A stretch of 61,048 bases of DNA, filler included. It is 8 parts of 8 records of this genome, joined end to end, with 100 filler letters (N's around TTAATTAATTAA, not from the genome) between each part and the next. Parts side by side here need not be neighbours in the genome. Positions count along the whole stretch, not along the records: positions 46,634 to 53,392 come from SRR20825010_3027; positions 53,493 to 57,528 come from SRR20825010_3035; positions 57,629 to 61,048 come from SRR20825010_3041; 5 more parts are not named here. One strand, 5' to 3'. Positions 47,962-58,547 of the stretch are shown here, piece after piece. A program made the translations under genes and the position numbers. Every line of letters begins with the position of its first letter. Position 1 is the first letter of the stretch. Under the pieces are notes generated by a model. That model was given only the letters and a program-made list of their open reading frames with translations, had not been told where the DNA came from and searched no databases.

Positions 47962-48912
47962 ATGCATCCCGCCCTCTCCGTTATCTTCTTCACCACCGCC
48001 TCCGGCGCCGGCTATGGCCTGCTGGTCTGGCTTGCCCTGCATGCCGCCCTCACTGGCGATGCCAATCCTCTGATCGGCTGGATTGGTTTCCCGCTTGCCC
48101 TCGGCCTCATTACAGCCGGATTGCTGAGCTCCACCTTCCATCTCGGACACCCTGAACGGGCCTGGCGCGCGATGAGCCAATGGCGCAGCTCCTGGCTGTC
48201 CCGCGAAGGTCTCCTCGCCGTGCTGACCTATATCCCGGCGCTTCTGTTTGCCGCCGGCTGGGTAATGCTGGGCCGCAACGATGGCCCCTGGATGCTGGCC
48301 GGAGCGGCGGCCGCCATACTGGCGCTGATCACTGTCTATTGCACCGCAATGATCTATCAGTGCCTGAAGACCATCCCGCGCTGGCATAACGGCTTCACCG
48401 TGCCAGGCTATCTCGCCATGGCGATGGCCACCGGCGGTCTCTGGATTCTGCCCATCCTCGCACTCTCCGGCGGAGAATTGCTGCCGGCAGCCTTGCCAAC
48501 AGCGGGCTTCCTGCTGCTTTCAGCAGCAATTAAATGGCGCTATTGGGCTGTGACCGACAACGCGGCGCCGACCGCAACCTCCGGCACCGCGACCGGGCTC
48601 TCCAACCTCGGTACCGTGCGATTGCTTGAGGGGCCGACAACGTCAGAAACCTATGTGATGCGCGAGATGGGCTACAAGATTGGCCGGAAACACGCCATCA
48701 AGCTCCGCCGCCTTGCAGGTTTTTTCGGTCTGGTAATCCCGGTTGCCGTGCTGGCCGCGGTCCTCGCCATGCCCGGCTCCGGCACCATGGCGGGCGGCCT
48801 GGTTCTGATTGCGGCCATCTCTGGTAGCATCGGCGCTGTCGTGGAACGCTGGCTCTATTTCGCCGAAGCGAAACACGTCTCTACGCTGTATTACGGCGAA
48901 GAGTTCGCCTGA
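47962..48912 (+). CDS. soeC: DmsC/NrfD-type membrane anchor
   Basis: MHPA.SVIFFTT.SGAGYG, HLGHPERAWRA..QWRSSWLSRE, ERWL.FAEAKH. Confidence 0.87.
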   Translation: MHPALSVIFFTTASGAGYGLLVWLALHAALTGDANPLIGWIGFPLALGLITAGLLSSTFHLGHPERAWRAMSQWRSSWLSREGLLAVLTYIPALLFAAGWVMLGRNDGPWMLAGAAAAILALITVYCTAMIYQCLKTIPRWHNGFTVPGYLAMAMATGGLWILPILALSGGELLPAALPTAGFLLLSAAIKWRYWAVTDNAAPTATSGTATGLSNLGTVRLLEGPTTSETYVMREMGYKIGRKHAIKLRRLAGFFGLVIPVAVLAAVLAMPGSGTMAGGLVLIAAISGSIGAVVERWLYFAEAKHVSTLYYGEEFA

Positions 48913-50240
48913 ACCCACTCCTCAGCCTCGCCTTCAACGGCAGATTCGATAACCTCGTCATAGGAGAAATCCTTCGGCAGGTTCTCGTCCATGACATTCG
49001 GCTCGACCTCCTCGATGAACTCACCACGCGGATCGAGTTCGGCGACAATGGCCGACGTCCGGGCATAAGCAACATATGGCCCCTGCTCCTCCATGGCCGG
49101 TGCCGCGCTGCGGAGCATCCGGTAAACCGCAAAGATGCCGACGGAAAAACCCACGAAGGCGGTGAACTGGAACAGGCCACCGGGTCCAATACGGTCCATG
49201 GCGAAGGCCGCAATGATAGGACCGACGGTGGAGCCGAGACTTGCCGCGATCAGAATGCCGGCGGCCGCCGGCACCAGATCCGAGGCATCTACATGGTCGT
49301 TCACGTGACTGATGGCCAACGGATACAGTGCAAAGTTCAACCCGCCGAAGACCACCATCAGTCCCAGGAACATGAAGGTGCCGCCGTTAAACAGAAGCGC
49401 AATGGCGAAGGACACACCACCGACGGCAAAAAGTACCACCGCAATCACAGTCCGCCGATCAAAGTAGTCGGAGAGCTTACCGATCGGATATTGTAGTAGC
49501 AATCCGCCGAACATGGTGACGGTCATCATCGTCGCGATCTCGGAAACGGAGAACCCGATCTGGTTGCCGAAGATTGGCCCCAGCCCCATGACGACCGCCC
49601 CGAGCACGCCACTGGCGAAACTGCAGATCATGCCAAGCGGCGAGACCTTGAAAAGCTCGGCCATGCTCAGGCGTGACGGCGCCAGTTCGCCCGCCGTTGC
49701 ACGGCTGGCAAGCGACAACGGCACCAGGGCGAGCGAGAACAGGATCGATGCCACGCTGTAGAGGATGAAGCTGGTCGGCGGAGAGAGGTTCAGAATCTGC
49801 TGCCCTGCCGCCATGCCGAAATAGATCACCACAACATAGATCGAAAGCATGCCGCCGCGCCGGGTGTTCGAGACGGCCCCGTTCAGCCAGCTCTCGGCCA
49901 CCATCAGCGCGCCTGCGATACAGACGCCGGTGGCAAACCGCAGCACGGACCAGAAATAAGGATCGACGAAGATCGCATGGGCGATCGCGCAAGCCGAAAT
50001 GATCGAGGCGAAAGCCGCGAAGGAGCGGACATGCCCGACACTCTCGATAATCCGCCCGCACAGAGCGGCGCCGACGAGTTGGCCGAAAAAGTATGCGGCA
50101 GTGACCAGACCGGCAACTGTCGTGTCGAAGCCTTCCTGACTCATCCGCAGGCCGATCAGACTGTGAAACAGCCCGTTCGCCGTCCACAGGAAAGCGACGG
50201 AGATCATCAGGGCGACGATGGGGTGTCCAAGCATTCTCAT
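48891..50240 (-). CDS. MFS transporter (YcaD-like)
   Basis: about 12 TM segments, VGHVRSFA, ESWLN, G.LSD.FDRR. Confidence 0.88.
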   Translation of the reverse strand: MRMLGHPIVALMISVAFLWTANGLFHSLIGLRMSQEGFDTTVAGLVTAAYFFGQLVGAALCGRIIESVGHVRSFAAFASIISACAIAHAIFVDPYFWSVLRFATGVCIAGALMVAESWLNGAVSNTRRGGMLSIYVVVIYFGMAAGQQILNLSPPTSFILYSVASILFSLALVPLSLASRATAGELAPSRLSMAELFKVSPLGMICSFASGVLGAVVMGLGPIFGNQIGFSVSEIATMMTVTMFGGLLLQYPIGKLSDYFDRRTVIAVVLFAVGGVSFAIALLFNGGTFMFLGLMVVFGGLNFALYPLAISHVNDHVDASDLVPAAAGILIAASLGSTVGPIIAAFAMDRIGPGGLFQFTAFVGFSVGIFAVYRMLRSAAPAMEEQGPYVAYARTSAIVAELDPRGEFIEEVEPNVMDENLPKDFSYDEVIESAVEGEAEEWVQANSSP

Positions 50241-50460
50241 CGGATTAAGGTCCGTAAGGGGTTCGGTGCGCGGGTCCGCTAAAGGGCAGGCCTAGGGCCG
50301 GAGAGGCATCAAAGTCTCGCTTCGCACCGACGCGGGAGACGCAAACAGGATGATTAAGCAGACAGTCTCCACAATTTCACCCGACTGTCTCCGGTTGGCA
50401 ATGGTTGACACTATCCATGCCGCGCCATATCGATGCGTCTCACCGGAACGGAGCGTCTCA

Positions 50461-50673
50461 ATGCGCTGGCGTACAGCCCTCGGCGGCATCATCATGATTG
50501 TCGGACTTCTTGCCTATATCATGGCAGTCGTCACCATCGCCAACCACGCACTGCCGCAGCACTGGCTGGCCGAGCTGATTTTCTATCCGGTTGCCGGCTT
50601 CCTCTGGATATTCCCCGCCATACGTCTGATCGGCTGGACCAAGAAAGACAAAGAGCCACCGCTGAATCTCTGA
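50461..50673 (+). CDS. DUF2842 family small membrane protein
   Basis: two TM helices, HWL.ELIFY.VAG.LW..P. Confidence 0.7.
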   Translation: MRWRTALGGIIMIVGLLAYIMAVVTIANHALPQHWLAELIFYPVAGFLWIFPAIRLIGWTKKDKEPPLNL

Positions 50674-51274
50674 AAACGTCCAGCTCCATTTTCAGGTTTC
50701 TTGATGAACAAATCCTTGATTCACCACCATGCCACACTCATTATTTTCTAAATAAATTCAGATAATTAGCCAAAACCTTACCGCCACAGCAGCAATAACC
50801 ACACCGTGAAAGAGACCACTAATTGAGGTCTTCGAGAGAATTCAACATGGATCGGGTTTCGGCTTCGTTCTCTCAGCATTAACGCATTCAAAACAACAAT
50901 TAATTGAAAAATAAAACAACTAACCCCCATTACAACCAAAAACAATACTCACCATAGGTTAATCCCCCATCAATGGATCCGCTCAAATCACCATCCTCAT
51001 GAGGATATTTACGCCCCATCTCAGCACTCAAAACAATCAAAAAGCTTAAAAATACACACATACTATCAATAAAAATCAGTGGATTACCGGAAATTATTTT
51101 TCCATAATCATCTTATAGCATGCTTTCAAAGCGTGCTTTCAAACAGCCCATCGACGCACGTCGACAGCGGCACACCCTGGATTAATTTTGGAATTGATGA
51201 CCGGCTCAGCCGGGACCCTCGATTCCGCCAAGCGCCCGGCGGCGCTTCGGCTGAACACAAAAGGATTTGGCAGA

Positions 51275-53392
51275 ATGGCTAAAACCAGCACTCTTTCCAC
51301 GCGCTTTGTTCGTGCTCAAAGCGCAAAGACAAACAGCACTGCCCCAGCTCTTCTGGTGATTGCCCCTGATGTAGTGGAATCCTCAATTCTTCTACATGAG
51401 TTGCCGCCCCATGTCCGCGTACTGCGCGACGGCCCCGGCACAATGCTGGAACGCATCCGGGGTGCTCTCTCCACCATCTGGATCGAGACGGGTCAGCGCA
51501 CCTCCCTGCATCTGGTGGGCCATGGCACTCCGGGCATGATGACAGTTGCAGACCTGCGGCTTGACGCTGCGGCCACCGGCTCCGTTGCCGGCGCGCTGCG
51601 CGACGCTCCACTCTCCTTTGTCGCACTGTACGGCTGCCAGACCGGCGCGGACGAAGCCGGTGCGGATCTCGTCTCCAGCCTTGAGGCCACGCTCGGCGTT
51701 CCCGTCTGTGCCAGCCGCGACTATGTCGGCCGCGAGCCAGACGGCAAGGCCCGCTGGGAGCTGGACGGCCTACCCGCAGCCATGCTGCCCTTCTCCATGG
51801 CAGCCATCGCAGCCTATCCGCATCATTTTGCCCTTACCACCGGCAACGATAACCATACCGGCACGGCAGGCAACGATACGATCGACGCCCTTGCCGGTAA
51901 TGACACCATCTCCGCACTCGACGGGGACGATATCGTTAGCGGTAACGACGGCAATGACACGCTCTATGGCGGCGACGGTGTCGACACGCTCTATGGAGGG
52001 GACGGCAACGATTTCAGCTACGGTCAAACCGGCAACGACCTCATTTATGGCGATGCTGGCAATGACGGCATGTCCGGCGGGGATGGTGACGACACGCTCT
52101 ATGGCGGCACCGGTAACGACACCGCTGCCGGCTCCACCGGCAATGACCAGATCTTTGGCGGAGACGGCAACGACTGGCTCTGGGGTCAGAAAGACAACGA
52201 CCTCATCTATGGTGAAGGCGGCAACGACACTATCTCTGGTGATGGCGGTGAAGACACTCTTTACGGGGGCGACGGCGACGAAACCATATCAGGGGGCAGC
52301 GATAATGATCTGCTCTTTGGCGGAGACGGCAATGACAAGATCACCGGCATGCAAGGAGAAGACACGCTGTTTGGCGGCGCCGGCAACGACACTTTTTCCG
52401 GTACCGTAAGCTTCTTCAACGGCGATACGATCTCCGATCTTGCCGCCGGCGATGTCATCACGGTCTCTAGCGCGGATCTTACTGCCCTGAACGGCACCAC
52501 CCTCGGCAGCACGATTGATCTCGGCAGCGGAACCTTAAACATTGCCGGGACCAGCGCCATCGGCATGACCATCAACGCAGCGCTCAACGGTAGCACAACT
52601 GAACTGACCTTTACCGCGGCATCCTCCGGCGGCTCCGGCAGTTCCGGCGGATCGTCTGGCGGCGGGCTGACCGTTACGGACCAGACACAAAACGACCTCG
52701 CCGGAACGGCGACCGGCCGCACCCTCGTGAACAACACCGGCAGCAGTGCAACTGGCGAGCTTGTGTCGGGCACCGGCAACGGCAACGTGGTCACGGCAAC
52801 ATTGCCATCCGGCGTCTCGCTGACCAATTCGGGCACATCAACGGCTTTGCCGGGCAGCACAGCCGGCACGACTCTCACGGGTGAGATCGTCAGTACGGAA
52901 AATAACTCGACCGATCAGGGTTTCCTGAACGGGCATGGCGCTACCTTCACCAGCAAAATGGGCTCTGTCGCACTCGACATCCGGTCGATCTCCTTCTCCA
53001 GCACCGGAACGACGCCTGAGACGGTGCAGATCACGGGGCAATCAACCAGCGGCTCTGAAGCCTTCGTTATCGACACATCGGGTTTGCCGACAGGCTCAAC
53101 GGTTCAGCTCGACAATATCGAGTTCGCCGCCATCGTCGGCAATGCAACCGTGAACGGCGGCGCCGGACAGAACTATGTCGTCGGCGACAGCGGCAGCCAA
53201 TTCATCTCATGCGGGGACGAGGACGATACGCTGGCCGGTGGGGCCGGGGCGGATACGGTCGGTTCCGGCTGGGGTGAAGACATCGTCTATGGAAACCAGG
53301 GCACCGACTATGTCTTCGGTGGGGGCGGCATGGACACGCTCTATGGCGGGCAGGACAGTGATACCGTCTTCGGCGGCAACGACAATGACTGG
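51275..53392 (+). CDS. secreted RTX-repeat protein with N-terminal DUF4347, 3'-truncated
   Basis: LHLVGHG.PG and LYGC.TG motifs, then many GGxGxDxLx Ca-binding nonapeptides. Confidence 0.85.
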
Positions 53393-53492
53393 NNNNNNNN
53401 NNNNNNNNNNNNNNNNNNNNNNNNNNNNNNNNNNNNTTAATTAATTAANNNNNNNNNNNNNNNNNNNNNNNNNNNNNNNNNNNNNNNNNNNN
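53393..53492. other. artificial contig linker
   Basis: 44 N + TTAATTAATTAA + 44 N. Confidence 0.99.
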
Positions 53493-53662
53493 CAGGGATA
53501 TCTTTTTGGTATGCCACAACCGCTTGAAGAACTTGTGCCAGGCAAGATTGCGATATGAACAAGTGTGGCAATACAAATGGTTGACCAGTTTTTTCAAGCT
53601 CGATCATTGTTTTGCTACCACGCCGTGACCAATGTTTAAACCAGTCTCGGAGTACAATTACG

Positions 53663-54142
53663 ATGATGAAAACGATCACTAAATTCGCCATGACCATAGG
53701 CACGATCATTGTCTTTACGGTTGGAAATGCTCATGCAGCAAGTGAATTGAGGCTTTCAACTACCGGCGGTGAAACCACGACGGTGTCATTTGAAGAACTG
53801 ACCAAACTGCCCGACACCGAGTTTTATACTTCGACCCCGTGGACTGACGGTGTTCAGAAATTCCGGGGTGTTGATTTCGATGTTCTGCTCGATACCTATG
53901 GCATCACGGCCGATACAGTACGTGTGTCCGCATTGAATGATTACAGCGTGATGATTCCGGCCAGTGTGCTTCGGGATGACAACGCCATTCTGGTTTATCT
54001 GCAGAATGATGCAGAAATGTCGGTGCGCGACAAAGGCCCGTTCTGGGTTGTTTTCCCTTATGACAGTGATGTTCGTTTCCAGACTGACACCTACTGGTCT
54101 TATTCCGTCTGGCAAGTGAAGTCGATTGATGGGCAAAACTAG
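53663..54142 (+). CDS. periplasmic protein of the sulfite-oxidase molybdopterin-binding fold (PruR-like)
   Basis: signal peptide ending AHA-A; TPW, F.GV, ALNDY, DKGPFWVVFPYD, VWQV; no Cys. Confidence 0.7.
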   Translation: MMKTITKFAMTIGTIIVFTVGNAHAASELRLSTTGGETTTVSFEELTKLPDTEFYTSTPWTDGVQKFRGVDFDVLLDTYGITADTVRVSALNDYSVMIPASVLRDDNAILVYLQNDAEMSVRDKGPFWVVFPYDSDVRFQTDTYWSYSVWQVKSIDGQN

Positions 54143-55649
54143 ACATTTTCTGTCAAAAATTTCGAGTGGGGTCATTTTCTCGATACTGGTCCTGTTCATT
54201 ATCCTTTACGGCGTCTTTTCGACTGCGATTGTGCGGCAGCTCGACGACGAAAAATTTGCGTATCGTGAAAATTTTGCATGGGCGGTTTTTCAGATTCAGC
54301 GCCAGTTTCTGGAAATCGAGCGATATATCGAATACGCCCGGGTACAGAATGAAATCGCCAAAGAGGATTTCGAACAGGTTCTTCTGGAATATGAAATCCT
54401 TGTAAGCCGCACTTTGCTTGTCAAACAGGGTGAGGGTTTTCAGGTTCTTCTACAAATTCCTGAAGTGACAAGTTTGCTGGCGATACTTGATGAAAAGATC
54501 GCCCGCATTGATGCGATGATCGCAAAGACATCGAACCCATCTGTTGTATTGAATTTCATTCACGACGAACTTGAAACTATCGACGATCCTTTACAGCAGG
54601 CAGTGGTTCGCACGACCAACTTTGTGTCAGTCTATAATGCCAGCAACATTGCCAGCGTGAAGACCGACATACAAATCCTGTCCTATCTGTTCTTTTCCGG
54701 CATGATCGTGATGATTGGTCTTGCGGTCTTTGTCATTCGTCACCGTCAGCGTGCCTTTGCCGCAGATGTCGATGCGCGACGTGCCCGTCAGGAACAGGAA
54801 GTCATCGAAGAGGCTGCCGATTATGCCAAAATGCATGCATTGGGTACATTGGCAGGCGGCGTTGCCCATGAAATCAATACACCGGCCCAATACATTCAGA
54901 ACAATCTTGAATTCCTGTCTGACAGTTTTGACGAGGTGGTTAAGGCAATCCGGACCGTTGATGCAGATGGAACCGCCCGTCTTGAACTTGATCGGAACCG
55001 CATCGACTTCATGATTGAAGAAATCCCGCTGGCAATCAGGGAAAGTATTCAGGGCCTTGACCGGATTGCGGAGATTGTTCGGGGTATACGGAAGTTTGCC
55101 CATCCGACGACGGATTCTGTCGAACGGATTTCCATTGCCGAGGAAATCGAAACGGCGATAACCCTGACGCGCAACCAGGTCAAACACGTCGCTGAACTTG
55201 AACAAAGTTATGTGACAGATGTCAGGGAAGTCGAAGGTCGGCGGAACCATCTGTCGCAGGCGTTGATCAACCTGATCGTCAATGCATCGCAGGCAATCCG
55301 GGAATCAGGAAAACGGCCCGGCAAAATATGGCTGGATGTTACCTCGGATACCACGGATGTCTTGATTCGTTTACGTGACAATGGCGGTGGTGTGCCCGAA
55401 GAACTGCGTGACCGTATTTTCGATTATTTCTTTACCACCAAGGAACTCGGGGTTGGCACGGGTCAAGGCCTGCCGATTTGTCGCAAGCTGATCCAGGATG
55501 ATTTCAATGGCGATCTGACCCTGTCCGAAGCAAGTGGCGAAGGGGCCGAGTTTATTATCCGTATTCCGAAACCGGGCAGCCGGCAGGCGGACGATGATCA
55601 ACGTCGGGATCGCGCTGCAATTGATGAAATCTATGACATTCGGTCCTGA
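54129..55649 (+). CDS. membrane sensor histidine kinase
   Basis: two TM helices around a periplasmic domain; H-box AHEINTP, N-box NLIVNA, DNGGG, FFTTK, GTGQGL. Confidence 0.92.
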   Translation: MGKTRHFLSKISSGVIFSILVLFIILYGVFSTAIVRQLDDEKFAYRENFAWAVFQIQRQFLEIERYIEYARVQNEIAKEDFEQVLLEYEILVSRTLLVKQGEGFQVLLQIPEVTSLLAILDEKIARIDAMIAKTSNPSVVLNFIHDELETIDDPLQQAVVRTTNFVSVYNASNIASVKTDIQILSYLFFSGMIVMIGLAVFVIRHRQRAFAADVDARRARQEQEVIEEAADYAKMHALGTLAGGVAHEINTPAQYIQNNLEFLSDSFDEVVKAIRTVDADGTARLELDRNRIDFMIEEIPLAIRESIQGLDRIAEIVRGIRKFAHPTTDSVERISIAEEIETAITLTRNQVKHVAELEQSYVTDVREVEGRRNHLSQALINLIVNASQAIRESGKRPGKIWLDVTSDTTDVLIRLRDNGGGVPEELRDRIFDYFFTTKELGVGTGQGLPICRKLIQDDFNGDLTLSEASGEGAEFIIRIPKPGSRQADDDQRRDRAAIDEIYDIRS

Positions 55650-55725
55650 TGGGATATTGCGACGCCAAGCACTATTAAATCATCTCCTGTTCCTGCCGGA
55701 TCGCTGTAGCACGGGGACATGAGGA

Positions 55726-56949
55726 TCATATTGCCACGGGGAGGCTGTCGCGAAGTGACGCACAATGTTGTTCCCACGAGGCCCATTTCTGTTGGGCATT
55801 GCAACGGGCAATGAAACTCGCGGCACGGTCATATTTGGATGTGCGATCATCGCTGTCCCGACCAAACTTTCGGGCAAAATGCTGTGCGGCATAGACAATC
55901 AGCAAAGATCTGGAATTCTGCGTTGGTGCAGCTTCCGGGCGATGATGAAAAGCAATGTCTTCGATAACCTCGTGCTTGAAGCCCCAAAGGGCTGCGAGGC
56001 AGGCTGAAACACCGGGATGAGAAACACCGATTGAACCGACTTCTGCTGAGATGATGTCGCAGTGATCCCGATCTGCATGATCACGGCTTGCGGCAACCTT
56101 TTCCGGGATCACCTGTTCCATGATGTTTAGTCCGACATGGCAAAGGATTGCCGCGGCGCGGACAATATCGATGGTCTCGTGAGACAGGCCGTCGAGACGG
56201 GCGATCTCGGCAGACATCTGGCCAAGAACGAGGCTGCGATGAATGGCCTGTTCGATATTGTCCAAGGTGAATCCGGTCTGCTGGCCATGTACGGCCCATA
56301 TGACACATAATGCCTTGATGCTTTCCGGTCCGAACAGGTCGATCAGGGTAACCAAATCGGGCGTATCCGTTGGCTGGATAAGTTTTTCACGACGTGCAAG
56401 TTCATGGGCAAGGTCGATAAAACCGGGTTTGTCGCGGCTGAATTCCAGCAACTCTTTTTCGCTGCTTTGTCCCTTGTGTTGCAGGATCGTATGCAGCCTT
56501 TGAAAAACCGGTGGCCAGAGAAGTGTGGCCGACATGCGATACAGGATATCGATCAGCAGAGGATCACGCAGGTAGTTGCGCAGGATCAGACCGCGTTCAA
56601 TGGCGTGGATGACATCCTGATCGCTGCACGGTTTCATCAGAAAATGATGGGTTGCCGCACTGCCGGACTGGATGGCCTTTTCATCGGAATAACCCGAAAG
56701 CAGGATGCGGGCCGTATCAGGATATTTTCGTGCTACGGTGCGCAGCAATTCAGCCCCGTCCATTTCGGGCATCCGCATGTCCGAAACAATGACATCAGCC
56801 CCTTGCAGGTCAAGATTCTTAAGGGCTTCGGCGCCACTAGTGCAAAAACGCAGTTTCCAATCGGGCCGTTTTGACATGATGCGGCGACGCAATCCGTTAA
56901 GCACATTGGGATCGTCATCAACGAAGAGGACTGAAACGTTTTCTGGCAT
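55726..56949 (-). CDS. response regulator with HDOD-like output domain
   Basis: receiver LFVDDD, SDMRMP, LSG, KP; C-terminal H.VG...E....G.SH......W.F......FHH.P. Confidence 0.85.
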   Translation of the reverse strand: MPENVSVLFVDDDPNVLNGLRRRIMSKRPDWKLRFCTSGAEALKNLDLQGADVIVSDMRMPEMDGAELLRTVARKYPDTARILLSGYSDEKAIQSGSAATHHFLMKPCSDQDVIHAIERGLILRNYLRDPLLIDILYRMSATLLWPPVFQRLHTILQHKGQSSEKELLEFSRDKPGFIDLAHELARREKLIQPTDTPDLVTLIDLFGPESIKALCVIWAVHGQQTGFTLDNIEQAIHRSLVLGQMSAEIARLDGLSHETIDIVRAAAILCHVGLNIMEQVIPEKVAASRDHADRDHCDIISAEVGSIGVSHPGVSACLAALWGFKHEVIEDIAFHHRPEAAPTQNSRSLLIVYAAQHFARKFGRDSDDRTSKYDRAASFIARCNAQQKWASWEQHCASLRDSLPVAI

Positions 56950-57200
56950 CCCGGCATCCTTTTCGGGAAAGGTCGGCTGATGGCTGCCTTCAGGCTGACA
57001 GCGTTGCAGGATTTTGACAATACAAATGCCTTACCTGCCAAGACGGATTCTGGATCACAAAGCAGGTCAATATGATCATGCAGGTGTAGCGTGCCAGAGA
57101 TTCATCCGCGGGGAGGTAAACAAAAAAGGGCTGCCGATGAAGGCAGCCCAGAGTCGTTGAAAGCGAAGAGGGGAAGATCATTGCGTTGGGGCGAGCAGGA

Positions 57201-57528
57201 TCAGAATTCGACACCGATCTTGCGGTCTACCGAGTATTTTCCGCCGCCACGGATCAGGATCGAAAGCGCCATCAGGCCCCAGAAAAGAGGCATTTCAAAC
57301 CCGGCATTGTTCCACGCATAACCGTTTGGCAGGTGAATGGTAATGGCAACCGCCATGAAGGCAATTACAGCGGCAGCCACCGGGCGGGTCAGCAGGCCGA
57401 TGGTCAGCATCAGACCACCGACGAATTCCAGAAGCCCGATCAGCAGTGCAAAAAGCAGACCCGGTGCAAAGCCGATGCTTTCAAGCCAGCCAGCGGTGCC
57501 TTCAAGGCCATAGCCGCCAAAGGCACCA
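57201..57528 (-). CDS. DoxX family membrane protein, 5'-truncated
   Basis: GLLTRPVAA, H...G..W...GFE.PL.W, GGGKYSVD. Confidence 0.85.
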
Positions 57529-57628
57529 NNNNNNNNNNNNNNNNNNNNNNNNNNNNNNNNNNNNNNNNNNNNTTAATTAATTAANNNNNNNNNNNNNNNN
57601 NNNNNNNNNNNNNNNNNNNNNNNNNNNN
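57529..57628. other. artificial contig linker
   Basis: 44 N + TTAATTAATTAA + 44 N. Confidence 0.99.
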
Positions 57629-57734
57629 GATCCACTTACCGGGTGGGGCTTTTGTCGCATTGGTCGCCTGCTTCGCGCTATGTAGAGACACAAATCTTCC
57701 CGCAATGCTTTCCACACTGGGGCCAGGCCGCACC

Positions 57735-58547
57735 ATGCAACAGGTCAATATCGTCACCCTGAAATGGGGCGACCGCTATCCGGCACTGTTCGTGAACCGG
57801 CTGCACCGGGCCGTTGCGCGCAACCTCAACAGGCCCTTCCGGTTCCTGTGTTTCACCGAAGACCCGAGCGGGCTTGATACGGGCATCGAGGCCTATCCCC
57901 TGCCCGACATCCGGATGCCGGACAAATACTACTACACCCCCTGGATGAAACTCGGCCTGTTCCAGACGGGCATGGGGGACATGGCGGGGGAATGCCTGTT
58001 CCTCGACCTCGACCTGCTGATCATCGACAATATCGACTGCTTCTTCGAATATCTGCCGGGCAAGCGTTGCATCATCCACAACTGGAAACAGCGCCACCAT
58101 GTGCTCAAGAAGCGCCCGGACGTGGGCAATTCATCCGTGTTCCGCTGGACCGCCGGATCGACGCAGTTCATCGTCGACAAGTTCTATGCGGAGCGGGAAT
58201 GGGCGCTCGCCAATTACCGCCCGCCGCAGACCTATCTGACGTATGGCCTGGGGGAAAAGCACTATTGGCCCGCCGAATGGGCCACCAGCTTCAAGCGCCA
58301 CGCCATTCCCATGTTTCCGCTGAACCTGCTTCAGACGCCGCAGATACCGCCTGGCACGCGCATTCTGGTGTTCCATGGCCTGCCCGACCCCGATCAGGCG
58401 CTGGTTGGTTTCCGCCCGGACGGCAAGCCCCACCGCCAGACCCGGCCTGCCCCGTGGATCGCGGATTACTGGGACGATGGACCGGAGCCTGCACCCCACA
58501 CTGCGTCAGCCGTCAATGCGGCAACGGACCCAAGCGGCGCTGCATGA
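57735..58547 (+). CDS. GT-A fold glycosyltransferase
   Basis: KWG..Y, F.CFT, W.KL.LF, DxD motif LFLDLD, NSSV, FHG.P.P. Confidence 0.78.
   Translation: MQQVNIVTLKWGDRYPALFVNRLHRAVARNLNRPFRFLCFTEDPSGLDTGIEAYPLPDIRMPDKYYYTPWMKLGLFQTGMGDMAGECLFLDLDLLIIDNIDCFFEYLPGKRCIIHNWKQRHHVLKKRPDVGNSSVFRWTAGSTQFIVDKFYAEREWALANYRPPQTYLTYGLGEKHYWPAEWATSFKRHAIPMFPLNLLQTPQIPPGTRILVFHGLPDPDQALVGFRPDGKPHRQTRPAPWIADYWDDGPEPAPHTASAVNAATDPSGAA

Noticed and set aside
46634-48912. soeABC as a novel system
   Set aside because: Well-characterised sulfite dehydrogenase, common in marine Alphaproteobacteria
51840-52400. Tandem GGCGGCGACGGCAACGAC-like DNA repeats
   Set aside because: Coding RTX nonapeptide repeats, not CRISPR or a VNTR
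10938-57628. Seven evenly built TTAATTAATTAA repeats flanked by N runs, and any gene neighbourhoods spanning them
   Set aside because: Artificial stop-codon linkers joining unrelated contigs; not a CRISPR array or biological repeat, and cross-linker adjacency (e.g. ppk1 with phoU) is meaningless
57992-58543. N-terminal extension of the 441-aa ORF
   Set aside because: Overlaps the glycosyltransferase out of frame; the FkbM gene starts at 58544
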